Source: Actinomycetota bacterium (GTDB lineage Bacteria > Actinomycetota > Acidimicrobiia > IMCC26256 > PALSA-555). From it: a stretch of DNA of 46,447 nucleotides. The stretch is from assembly GCA_016870245.1 (NCBI GenBank), contig VGCA01000003.1, positions 1 through 46,447 on the forward strand, in the 5' to 3' direction. Shown piece by piece: positions 9,313 to 22,338 of this stretch. Position numbers and translations under genes: made by a program. The notes beneath the pieces are model-generated. The model did no database searches. It saw nothing but the letters and a program-made list of their open reading frames with translations, and was not told the origin of the DNA. Position 1 is the stretch's first letter. Each line of letters begins with the position of its first letter.

Positions 9313-11541
9313 TCAGACGTGCACGTCGGCGTCGACGAGGGCGGGGATGGCGTCCCGCCAGGCGGCGTGGGCGTCGGCCAGCGCCACGTCGAACGCGCCG
9401 GGCGCCACCAGGCGATCGCCACCCGCGACCCCCAGGTCGGCGGCCCGCACCCCGGCAGCGCCCGCACGGGTGAGCACCTCGGCCAGACGGTCGGGCGTCA
9501 CGGCGAGGACGACCCGCGACGCCGACTCGGCGAAGCACCAGGCGGCCGTCGCGACGGCCGGCTCGGGCGTGACGGTGAAGCCGACGCCGCCGGCGAAGGC
9601 CATCTCCGCGAGCGCGACCGCGAGGCCGCCGTCGGCGCAGTCGTGCACGCCGGCGACGACCCGATCGGCGACCAGCCCGATGACGAGGTCGTGCAGCGCC
9701 CGCGCCGCCGCGAGGTCGGCGGCGGGCGGCATCCCGCCGTCGAGCCCGTGCACGGTGAACGCCCACTCCGAGCCGCCCAGCTCCGAGGCGGTCTCCGGTC
9801 CGACGAGCACGAGATGGGCGCCGTCGACGAGGCCAAGGCCCGGCGGTGGCGTCTCGATCGGCTCCACCAGCCCGACCACGCCGACCACCGGCGTGGGGTC
9901 GATGTTGCGCCCGCGCGACTCGTTGTAGAACGACACGTTGCCGCCGACGACGGGCAGGTCGAGCGCCCGGCACGCGGCGCTCATGCCGTCGATCGCCTCC
10001 GAGAACTGCCACATCACCTCGGGATGCTCGGGGTTGCCGAAGTTCATGCAGTTCACGAGCGCCTTCGGCACACCCCCCGCGCAGGCGACGTTGCGGGCCG
10101 CCTCGAGCACCACCAGCGCGCCGCCGGTGCGGGGGTCGAGTCGGCAGAACCGGGCCTTGCCGTCGGTCGCGACCGCGAGCGCGCGCGACGTGCCCTTCAG
10201 GCGCAGCACCGTGGCGTCGCCGCCGGGGCCGACGACGGTGTTGAGGAAGAGCTGGTGGTCGTACTGGTGCCAGACCCACGACTTGTCGGCGATGGTGGGC
10301 GTGGCGAGGAGCGCGAGCAGCTCGCCCGAGAGGTCGGTGCCGTCGGGGAACCGCTCGAGGAGACGGGGCGCGGGATCGGCGGCCTGGAGCGCGTCCTGGT
10401 CGGCCGGTCGGGCGATCGGCCGGTCGTACACGGGACCGTCGCCGAGGCTGCCGCAGGGCACGTCGGCGATCGTCGCGGCGTCGTCGATCACCCGGAAGCG
10501 TCCGGTGTCGGTGACCCGCCCCACGACGCGCGCGGTGATCTCCCAACGCGTGGCGAGGGCGAGCACCTCGTCGACGTGGTCGGGCGTGACGATCGCGAGC
10601 ATCCGCTCCTGGCTCTCCGACGTCATCACCTCCACCGGGTTCATGCCGGGCTCGCGCCGGTGCACCGACGCGAGGTCGACGTCCATGCCGTTGCCCGCCG
10701 CCGCCGCCGTCTCCGACAGCGCGCACGAGAGCCCGGCCGCGCCGAGGTCCTGCACGCCGACCGCGAGACCGGCATCGAGCAGGGCGAGGCAGGCCTCGAT
10801 GAGCCGCTTCTCCTCGAACGGGTCGCCGACCTGCACCGACGGGCGCTTCGCCTCGGAGCCTTCCTCGAACCCCGCCGACGCGAGCACGCTCGCGCCGCCG
10901 ATGCCGTCGCGACCCGTCGCCGAGCCGAGCAGGATGCCCACGTTGCCCACGCCCTCGGCCCGAGCCAGCACCAGCCGCTCCTGGGGCAGCACGCCGATGC
11001 ACATGACGTTGACGAGCGGGTTCTCCCGGTAGCAGTCGTCGAACACGACCTCGCCGCCCACGGTGGGAACGCCCACGGCGTTGCCGTAGCCGCTGATCCC
11101 CGAGACGACCCCCTCGAACAAGAAGCGGGTGCGGGCGTCGTCGAGCGAGCCGAAGCGCAACGCGTCGAGCAGGGCGATCGGCCGGGCACCCATGGAGAAG
11201 ATGTCGCGGATGATCCCGCCCACACCGGTGGCCGCCCCCTGGTAGGGCTCGACCGCCGAGGGGTGGTTGTGGCTCTCGATGCGCAGGGCCACCGCGAGCC
11301 CGTCGCCCACGTCGATCACACCGGCGCCCTCACCCGGGCCGACGATGACCCAGGGGGCCTCGGTCGGGAACCGGCGGAGGTGCACCTTCGACGACTTGTA
11401 GGAGCAGTGCTCCGACCACATGACCGCGTACATGGCCAGCTCGAGGTCGGTGGGGTGCCGGTCGAGCAAGGCGACGATGTCGTCCAGCTCGGCGTCGGTC
11501 AGACCGAGCTGGCGGTGGAGCGGGGTCTCGTCGACGGCCAC
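9313..11541 (-). CDS. purL: FGAM synthase subunit PurL (small type)
   Basis: MWSEHCSYKSS, ESHNHPS and QDLGAAGL motifs; GTG 6 nt after TACTCT. Confidence 0.95.
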   Translation of the reverse strand: MAVDETPLHRQLGLTDAELDDIVALLDRHPTDLELAMYAVMWSEHCSYKSSKVHLRRFPTEAPWVIVGPGEGAGVIDVGDGLAVALRIESHNHPSAVEPYQGAATGVGGIIRDIFSMGARPIALLDALRFGSLDDARTRFLFEGVVSGISGYGNAVGVPTVGGEVVFDDCYRENPLVNVMCIGVLPQERLVLARAEGVGNVGILLGSATGRDGIGGASVLASAGFEEGSEAKRPSVQVGDPFEEKRLIEACLALLDAGLAVGVQDLGAAGLSCALSETAAAAGNGMDVDLASVHRREPGMNPVEVMTSESQERMLAIVTPDHVDEVLALATRWEITARVVGRVTDTGRFRVIDDAATIADVPCGSLGDGPVYDRPIARPADQDALQAADPAPRLLERFPDGTDLSGELLALLATPTIADKSWVWHQYDHQLFLNTVVGPGGDATVLRLKGTSRALAVATDGKARFCRLDPRTGGALVVLEAARNVACAGGVPKALVNCMNFGNPEHPEVMWQFSEAIDGMSAACRALDLPVVGGNVSFYNESRGRNIDPTPVVGVVGLVEPIETPPPGLGLVDGAHLVLVGPETASELGGSEWAFTVHGLDGGMPPAADLAAARALHDLVIGLVADRVVAGVHDCADGGLAVALAEMAFAGGVGFTVTPEPAVATAAWCFAESASRVVLAVTPDRLAEVLTRAGAAGVRAADLGVAGGDRLVAPGAFDVALADAHAAWRDAIPALVDADVHV

Positions 11542-11633
11542 GGGCCGAGAGTAGTGGCCGTTGTATTTCCAATAAGGACCGCCGATAGACTGTCGTGTTT
11601 CCGAAAACAGGAACCGGGCGAAATTCTCTAAAT

Positions 11634-11678
11634 ACCCGAGTCGAAACCCGAGTCGGAACCCAAGTCGAAACCCGAGTC
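11634..11678 (+). repeat. four tandem 12-bp units (consensus ACCCGAGTCGAA)
   Basis: acccgagtcgaa/acccgagtcgga/acccaagtcgaa/acccgagtc, ending just before the AGGAG RBS. Confidence 0.9.
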
Positions 11679-11691
11679 TCAGGAGCTCCGA

Positions 11692-12099
11692 ATGCCCCCG
11701 AAGAAGATGACCAACGAGCACAAGCAGGCCCTCGCCGAGGGGCGCTCCGAGGGGCGCGCGGTGAAGGCGTACCTCGACGCCCTGGAGCAGCAGAAGCCGC
11801 GCCGGGGCCGGAAGCGCACCGCCGACTCGATCGGCAAGCGGCTCGCCGCCATCGAGAAGCAGCTCGCCGACGCGTCGTCGCTCCAGCGACTCCAGCTGGT
11901 GCAGGAGCGCCGCGACCTCGAGGCGGAGCTCGCGGGCATGGACACCACGGTCGACCTCAGTGCGCTCGAGGCCGACTTCGTGAAGGTCGCCAAGGCGTAC
12001 AGCGCGCGCAAGGGGATCGAGTACGCCTCGTGGCGCGAGCTCGGAGTCGGCGCCGACGTGCTCAAGAAGGCCGGGGTCTCCCGCGCCGCCTCCGCCTGA
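11692..12099 (+). CDS. basic coiled-coil hypothetical protein, possibly DNA-binding
   Basis: AGGAG RBS, strongly GC3-biased codons, KPRRGRKR patch, heptad region. Confidence 0.8.
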   Translation: MPPKKMTNEHKQALAEGRSEGRAVKAYLDALEQQKPRRGRKRTADSIGKRLAAIEKQLADASSLQRLQLVQERRDLEAELAGMDTTVDLSALEADFVKVAKAYSARKGIEYASWRELGVGADVLKKAGVSRAASA

Positions 12100-12162
12100 C
12101 GTCCCCCCGGCTTGGCGCCGCTCGACGGTGCAGGTCGCCCTCCGGCGGCGCCGAGCGGGCGG

Positions 12163-12837
12163 TCAGACGCGGGTGCGGGCTGCGGTGAGCAGCGCGCGCA
12201 GCAGCACCGCGCCGTCGGCGGAGCCGAGGATCGCCTCGGCCGCCCGTTCGGGGTGCGGCATGAGGCCCACCACGTTGCCGGCCTCGTTGCTCACACCCGC
12301 GATGTCGTCGACGGAGCCGTTGGGGTTGTCGACGTAGCGCAGCACGACCTGGTCGTTGGCCCGGATGCGCGCCAGCGTCTCGGCGTCGCAGGTGAAGTTG
12401 CCCTCGAAGTGGTTGATCGGCAGCGCCAGCTCGGTGCCGGGGGCCACACCGTGGGTGAGCGCCGACCGGTCGTGCTCCACCCGGCACGTGACCGTCGCGC
12501 AGCGGAACTTCAGCCCGGCGTTCTTCTGGAGCGCGCCGGGGAGCAGGTGCGCCTCGGTGAGCACCTGGAAGCCGTTGCAGATCCCGACCACCGGTCCGCC
12601 CTCGTCGGCGAACGCCCGCACGGCCTCCATGACCGGCGAGAACCGGGCGATCGCGCCCGTGCGCAGGTAGTCGCCGTGGGCGAACCCGCCCGGCACCACG
12701 ATCGCGTCGTGGCCGGCGACCGACCGGTCGCCGTGCCACACGAGGTCGGCGCTGCCGCCGAGCACCTCGACGGCGTGCACGACGTCCATCTCGCAGTTGG
12801 TCCCGGGGAACACGACGACGCCGACGCGGGTGGCCAT
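12163..12837 (-). CDS. purQ: FGAM synthase glutaminase subunit
   Basis: VFPGTNCE, GICNGFQ and GLMPHPER motifs. Confidence 0.96.
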   Translation of the reverse strand: MATRVGVVVFPGTNCEMDVVHAVEVLGGSADLVWHGDRSVAGHDAIVVPGGFAHGDYLRTGAIARFSPVMEAVRAFADEGGPVVGICNGFQVLTEAHLLPGALQKNAGLKFRCATVTCRVEHDRSALTHGVAPGTELALPINHFEGNFTCDAETLARIRANDQVVLRYVDNPNGSVDDIAGVSNEAGNVVGLMPHPERAAEAILGSADGAVLLRALLTAARTRV

Positions 12838-12843
12838 GGCCGA

Positions 12844-13104
12844 CTACGCCTCCTGGAGTGCGACGACCTCGACCGTGAACGCCTCGATCACCGGGTTGGC
12901 CAGGAGCCGGTGGCACATCTCGTCGACCTGGGCCGCGGCGGCCTCGGCGTCGGGTGCGTCGACCACGAGCCGGATCGACTTGCCGATCCGGACGCAGGAG
13001 ACGTTGGTGTAGCCGAGGGCCGGGAGCGCGCGCTCGACGGTGGCACCCTGCGGATCGAGCACACCGGGGAGGTGGGTGACCTCGACCTGGGCTTCGAACC
13101 TCAT
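12844..13104 (-). CDS. purS: FGAM synthase subunit PurS
   Basis: VLDPQG, VRIGK and LLANPVIE motifs. Confidence 0.95.
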   Translation of the reverse strand: MRFEAQVEVTHLPGVLDPQGATVERALPALGYTNVSCVRIGKSIRLVVDAPDAEAAAAQVDEMCHRLLANPVIEAFTVEVVALQEA

Positions 13105-13140
13105 GCCCGCGCCCTCATGCCCGCACCCTCATGCCCGCGC
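13099..13140 (-). repeat. three tandem 14-bp units (GYGCGGGCATGAGG); the last contains the purS start
   Basis: Read directly; each unit contains ATGA. Confidence 0.9.
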
Positions 13141-13228
13141 CTGCGTCTCGAGCGCCTCGACCGTCACGTGGCGATCGTACCGGTGGGCACCCACCCGGCA
13201 CCGGACCGGCGGGCCGCGAACCCGGCGG

Positions 13229-14110
13229 CTACTCGGGGGCGAACCACTCGTCGAACGACTCCCCGGTCAGCAGCTCGTAGGCCTCCACGTAGCGGGCCCG
13301 GGTGCCGTCGATCACCGCCTGGGGCAGCGACGGCGCCGGGGGCCGCTGGTCCCAGCCCAGGGCCAGGTAGTGGTCGCGCACGAACTGCTTGTCGAACGAC
13401 GGGGGTGAGGTCCCCACCTCGTACTGCTCGGCCGGCCAGTAGCGCGACGAGTCGGGCGTGAGCATCTCGTCGATGACGAGGAGCTGATCGTCGACGTGCC
13501 CGAACTCGAGCTTCGTGTCGGCGAGCAGCACCCCCTGGGCCGCCGCATGCTGCCGGGCGAAGCGGTAGATCGCGAGCGTGGCCTCGCGGACCTGCTCGAA
13601 CACGTCGGCGCCCACGAGCGCGGCGGCCTCGGCGTCGGTGACGGTCTCGTCGTGACCCGACTCCGCCTTCGTGGTGGAGGTGAAGATCGGCTCCGGAAGC
13701 TCCTCCGCCTGGCGCAGCCCGGTCGGCAGGGCCCGTCCGCACACGGTTCCCCGCTCCGAGTACTCCGACCACGCGGACCCGAAGAGGTAGCCCCGGGCGA
13801 TGCACTCGAGCCGCACCGGTCGGGTGGCCCGCACCAGCATCGCCCGGCCGGCGACCTCGGGCCCGGCGGTCTCGGGGAGGTCGGTGGGGTCGGCCGACAC
13901 CACGTGGTTGGGCCAGAGGTGGGCGGTCTGCTCGAACCAGAACGACGACAGGCCGGTCAGCACCCGGCCCTTGTCGGGGATCTCGTCGGGGAGCACGACG
14001 TCGAACACCGAGATGCGGTCGGAGGCGACCATCAGCATGCGGTCGTGCGACACCTCGTAGAGGTCGCGCACCTTCCCCGTGTAGTGGTGTCGTAGGGCCG
14101 GACGGGTCAT
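13229..14110 (-). CDS. purC: SAICAR synthetase
   Basis: GKVRDLY, SDRISVFD, ADTKLEFG, TPDSSRYW and DKQFVRD motifs. Confidence 0.96.
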   Translation of the reverse strand: MTRPALRHHYTGKVRDLYEVSHDRMLMVASDRISVFDVVLPDEIPDKGRVLTGLSSFWFEQTAHLWPNHVVSADPTDLPETAGPEVAGRAMLVRATRPVRLECIARGYLFGSAWSEYSERGTVCGRALPTGLRQAEELPEPIFTSTTKAESGHDETVTDAEAAALVGADVFEQVREATLAIYRFARQHAAAQGVLLADTKLEFGHVDDQLLVIDEMLTPDSSRYWPAEQYEVGTSPPSFDKQFVRDHYLALGWDQRPPAPSLPQAVIDGTRARYVEAYELLTGESFDEWFAPE

Positions 14111-14159
14111 CGCGGGCTCCCTTCCTCCGCACGGGCGTGGCACCCGTGCGGGCACGCGC

Positions 14160-15467
14160 TCACGGGGCGCCCGGCTCGTCGAGTGCATCCACCGCGAGAC
14201 CGGCCCGGGCCGTGGCCGTCGAGAGGTCGAAGCAGGCGTCGAGCGTCGCGTCGTCGAGCACCGCCGACACCTCGGGGTCGGCGGCGAGCACGTCGCGGAA
14301 CGGCCTCTCGGCCTCCCAGGTGGCCATCGCGTTGCGCTGCACGAGCCGGTAGGCGTCGTCGCGCGAGAGGCCGCGCTCCACCAGCGCGAGCAGCACCGGC
14401 TGACTGAACACGAGGCCGTGCGACGCGTCGAGGTTGCGCAGCATCCGGTCGGGGTTGACGACCATGCCCTCGACGATCGACCGGAAGCGCACCGCCATGT
14501 AGTAGGCGAGCATCAGCGAGTCGGGGATGATGACCCGCTCGACCGAGGAGTGGGAGATGTCGCGCTCGTGCCAGAGCGCGACGTTCTCGAGCCCTGCGCC
14601 GAGGTTGCCGCGCAGCACGCGGGCCAGACCCGAGAGCTGCTCCGACTTCACCGGGTTGCGCTTGTGGGGCATCGCGCTCGACCCCTTCTGCGCGCCGGTG
14701 CGGAACGGCTCCTCCGCCTCGCGCACCTCGGTGCGCTGCAGGTGGCGCATCTCGGTGGCGAAGCCCTCGATCGCGGCGCCGAGCGACGCGCACGCGTAGA
14801 GCACCTCGGCGTGGCGGTCACGCGCGAGCACCTGGGTCGACGGGACGGGCCGCAGCCCGAGAGCCGCGCACACGTGCGCCTCGATGGCGGGGTCGACGTT
14901 GCTGTACGTGCCGACGGCGCCCGAGAGCTTCCCGACGGCGATGACCTCGCGCGCCGACGCCAGCCGGCGCCGCTCCCGGCGCAGCTGCAGCGCCCACAGC
15001 GCGATCTTCGCGCCGAACGTGGTGGGCTCCGCATGGATGCCGTGGGTGCGACCCACCATCGGCGTGTCGCGGAACTCGCGTGCACGCGTCGCGACGGCGG
15101 CCTCCAGCGCGTCGACCGCCTCGATGATCAGGTCGAGCGCGCGAGTGACGGTGACCGCGAGCGCGGTGTCGACGACGTCGCTCGACGTGAGGCCGTAGTG
15201 GACCCACGTGCCGTGGGGTGGACCCACGGAGGACTGGACCACGTCGACGAACGCGGCAACATCGTGGTCGGTGGTCTTCTCCCGCTCGTCGACCTCGGCC
15301 ACCGTGAAGCCGGCCCGCTCCCGGATGGCCCGGGCGGCCTCCTCGGGGACGACCCCGAGCCGGGCCCAGGCCTCGACGGCCAGCACCTCGACCTCCAGCC
15401 ACACGGAGAAACGGGCCTCGTCGGTGAACAGGTCGGCGATGGCGGGGAGGGAGTAGCGGGGGATCAA
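14160..15467 (-). CDS. purB: adenylosuccinate lyase
   Basis: GRTHGIHAEP and GSSAMPHKRNP motifs; TTG start with GGAGG RBS. Confidence 0.95.
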   Translation of the reverse strand: MIPRYSLPAIADLFTDEARFSVWLEVEVLAVEAWARLGVVPEEAARAIRERAGFTVAEVDEREKTTDHDVAAFVDVVQSSVGPPHGTWVHYGLTSSDVVDTALAVTVTRALDLIIEAVDALEAAVATRAREFRDTPMVGRTHGIHAEPTTFGAKIALWALQLRRERRRLASAREVIAVGKLSGAVGTYSNVDPAIEAHVCAALGLRPVPSTQVLARDRHAEVLYACASLGAAIEGFATEMRHLQRTEVREAEEPFRTGAQKGSSAMPHKRNPVKSEQLSGLARVLRGNLGAGLENVALWHERDISHSSVERVIIPDSLMLAYYMAVRFRSIVEGMVVNPDRMLRNLDASHGLVFSQPVLLALVERGLSRDDAYRLVQRNAMATWEAERPFRDVLAADPEVSAVLDDATLDACFDLSTATARAGLAVDALDEPGAP

Positions 15468-15580
15468 GTCAGGTGACCTCCGTGCCGAAACACTAAACGG
15501 CTCGACGGGGCGAATCGGGCAGGAAGCGACGGAAGGGCTGGGGCCTGCCATCGACGGGGCCGGACCAAGGAGCATCGGGA

Positions 15581-15829
15581 GTGAAGGAGTCGGAACCCGC
15601 AGCGTTCCTCGGAACCTGCGCGAAGCACTACGCCGAGCGGGCCGTGGCCCAGTGCCACGACTGCAACCGCTTCTGGTGCGCCGACTGCCTGGTGCCGCCG
15701 ATCTCGAAGCGCCAGCCGCTGCGCTGCGTGGACTGCGCGCTGGTCGCGGCCGGCGTGCGGGCGAAGGGCCCGCGCCGGCAGGGCATCACCGACATGAGCC
15801 GCGCGGTGAAGAAGACGATCGGCATCTGA
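15581..15829 (+). CDS. small B-box-like zinc-finger protein
   Basis: CxxH-x8-CxxC-x4-CxxC-x12-CxxC; AAGGAG RBS. Confidence 0.72.
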   Translation: MKESEPAAFLGTCAKHYAERAVAQCHDCNRFWCADCLVPPISKRQPLRCVDCALVAAGVRAKGPRRQGITDMSRAVKKTIGI

Positions 15830-15860
15830 CCGGCGGGCCGGGGCGACCCGACCGCCCGGT

Positions 15861-19843
<3,983 letters not shown>

Positions 19844-19844
<1 letters not shown>

Positions 19845-20983
19845 TGGAGCTCGCACACACCCCCGACGACCAGATCTTCCGCGAGGAGCTGCGCGGATGG
19901 CTGGTCGAGCACGCACCGCCCCCTCCGCCACCGGAGGTCGGCCCGGCGCTGCGCGCGCGCGACGTCGCCTGGCAGCGGTCGCTGTTCGATGCCGGATACG
20001 CCGGGATCACCTGGCCGCGCGAGTACGGCGGCCGCGGGCTCACCCTGACCCAGCAGATGATCTGGTACGAGGAGACCGCGCGGGCCGGGATCTCGCACGT
20101 GAACTCGCTGTTCGTCGGCGTGAGCCACGCCGGGCCCACGATCATCGCCTGCGGCACCGACGAGCAGAAGGCCCGGTGGCTCCCGCCGATCCTGCGCGGC
20201 GACGCGATCTGGTGCCAGGGGTTCTCGGAGCCGGATGCCGGCTCCGACCTCGCGTCGCTGCGGACCACCGCCGAGCGCGACGGCGACGACCTCGTGCTCA
20301 ACGGCGTGAAGATCTGGACCAGCTACGCGCAGATCGCCGACCACCAGGAGATGCTCGTCCGCACCGACCCCGACGCGCCCAAGCACCAGGGCATCACGTG
20401 GCTCGTGTGCGACATGCGCCAGCCCGGCATCGAGATCCGCCCGATCCGCACCCTCGTGCGCGAGTCGCACTTCTGCGAGGTGCACTACCACGACGTGCGC
20501 GTCCCGATCGCCGACGTCGTCGGCGCGCTCCACGACGGCTGGCGCGTCGCGCGGGCCACCCTCGCCTACGAGCACGGCATCGCCAACCTCGGCCAGCAGA
20601 TCCGGATGTCGCGCACGGTCGAGCAGATCGTCGAGACGGCGCGGGCCCGGGGCTGCGACGACGCCATGTGGGCGCGGATCGCCGACGCGCGCGCCGACGT
20701 CGCCTCGTTGCGGGCGATGACCGCGCTCATGGTGTCGCGCATCTCCCGCGAAGACCTCCCGGGTCCGGAAGGCTCCCTGGTCAAGCTCCGCTACGGAGAG
20801 GTGAGCCAACGGATCCACGAGCTCGGCGTCGATGTCCTCGGCGTCGACGGGCTCGAGTTCGTCGCCGACGACCACGCGCTGACCTACGGGTACCTGGCGA
20901 GCCTGGCCGCGACCATCGGGGGCGGCACGTCCGAGATCCAGCGCGACATCGTCGCCGAACGGCTCCTCGGGCTCCCCCGGTGA
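19844..20983 (+). CDS. acyl-CoA dehydrogenase
   Basis: WCQGFSEPDAGSDLASL and IGGGTSEIQR motifs; TGATG overlap with the recombinase stop. Confidence 0.93.
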
Positions 20984-21002
20984 CCGGGAGGCGCGACCGC
21001 TG

Positions 21003-21950
21003 ATGGACCTGCTCCCCGGTCCGACCGAGGACGCCGCGGTCGCGCGGGTCCGTCCGCTCCTCGATGCGCACCTCGGCGCGGTCGCGTGGGGCCGGCGCCT
21101 GCGCGACGACGAGCCGGTGCCGCCCGACGTGATCGCCCGGCTCTCGGCCGCCGCGGGTCGTGCCGCCGGTGTCACCGACGCCACCGTCGTCGCGGTCGAG
21201 CTCGGGCGCACCCTCGCGCCGATCGAGGTGCTCACCGCGATGGTCGCGGGGGCTCCCGCCGCGGCGGCCGTGCCCCACCCCGCGGGAGGGTTCACGCTGT
21301 TCGGACCGCACGACGCCGCGGTCGTGGTCGTGTGGGGAGACGAGGCCGTCGGTCTCACGGACCCACCCACCACCGTGGACACCCGCGCGTGCCTCGACCC
21401 CACGACGCCCATGGCCCGGGCCACGCTCACCGAGGGACGGGCGCTCGACGGCGCCGCTGCGGCGCGCAGCCGCAGCATCCTGGCCGGCTACCTCGCCGGC
21501 CTGGCCCGCGGCGCGCAGGACCTCGCGGTCGAGCACGCGAAGACCCGCGTCCAGTTCGACCGTCCGATCGGAGCCAACCAGGCGGTGAAGCACGCGCTGG
21601 CCGAGTGCGCGACGCGCACCGAGGCCGCCTGGGCCACCGTCCTCTACGGCGCCACCGCGCTCGCCGAGCAACACCCCGAACCGCACTTCTGGCTCGCGGC
21701 CGCGGTCCGCACGGCCACCGCAGCCGCCGACGCCAACGCCCGCACGGCGATCCAGGTCCACGGCGGTCGGGGGTACACGCTGGAGTGTCCGGCCCACCTG
21801 TACCTCGCCCGGGCCCGGCTGGTCACCCAGCTCCTCGGCGGGGCCGACCGGATCCGCGCGCAGCTGCTCGGTCGTCGGGCTGATGGACGCGATCTACGAT
21901 CCGGCCATGACTCGCCAGATGCCGGTCGTCGACTACCTCGTGATCGATGA
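21003..21950 (+). CDS. acyl-CoA dehydrogenase-like short partner subunit
   Basis: RVQFDRPIGANQAVKH and IQVHGGRGYT motifs with a reduced N-terminal half; the true end may be near 21883. Confidence 0.8.
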   Translation: MDLLPGPTEDAAVARVRPLLDAHLGAVAWGRRLRDDEPVPPDVIARLSAAAGRAAGVTDATVVAVELGRTLAPIEVLTAMVAGAPAAAAVPHPAGGFTLFGPHDAAVVVVWGDEAVGLTDPPTTVDTRACLDPTTPMARATLTEGRALDGAAAARSRSILAGYLAGLARGAQDLAVEHAKTRVQFDRPIGANQAVKHALAECATRTEAAWATVLYGATALAEQHPEPHFWLAAAVRTATAAADANARTAIQVHGGRGYTLECPAHLYLARARLVTQLLGGADRIRAQLLGRRADGRDLRSGHDSPDAGRRLPRDR

Positions 21951-22329
21951 TGGTCCGCCGCACCTCGCGGGCCACCGTTGCGACGAGTGTGGAGCGGTCT
22001 ATCTCGAACGGCGCAACGCGTGCGCGGCCTGCGGTGCGCGGACGTTCTCGCCGACGCGGCTGCCCGCCACCGGCCGGATCGAGTCGTTCACGATCGTGCA
22101 CCGAGGCGCGCCGAAGCACGTCGGGCCGTTCGTGTCGGTGCTCGTGCGGCTCGCCGACGGCACCTTCGTGAAGGCGAACCTGGTGGGGGTGCCGCCCGAG
22201 GCCGACGCCGTCGACTTCGGCGTGCCGGTGCGATTGGTGACCTACGCGGCGGGCACCGACGACGACGGCACCGAGGCGATCGCGTTCGGATTCACGTACG
22301 ACGAGCCGACCGCGCCGGCCGAGGGGTAG
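21883..22329 (+). CDS. Zn-ribbon/OB-fold (DUF35) protein
   Basis: CDECG..RNACAACG followed by an OB-fold pattern; precedes the thiolase-like gene. Confidence 0.88.
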   Translation: MDAIYDPAMTRQMPVVDYLVIDDGPPHLAGHRCDECGAVYLERRNACAACGARTFSPTRLPATGRIESFTIVHRGAPKHVGPFVSVLVRLADGTFVKANLVGVPPEADAVDFGVPVRLVTYAAGTDDDGTEAIAFGFTYDEPTAPAEG

Positions 22330-22338
22330 GAGCACGCG

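Noticed and set aside
11634-11678. CRISPR array or iteron origin
   Set aside because: Units are 12 bp, contiguous and spacer-less; no cas or rep gene is present
11542-11721. PurL N-terminal RLGF repeat extension
   Set aside because: It is the antisense translation of the 12-bp DNA repeats; purL has a leaderless-type start at 11541
15468-15580. ZMP/ZTP riboswitch upstream of purB
   Set aside because: The conserved GACTGGCG and CGCCTGGGC elements were not found
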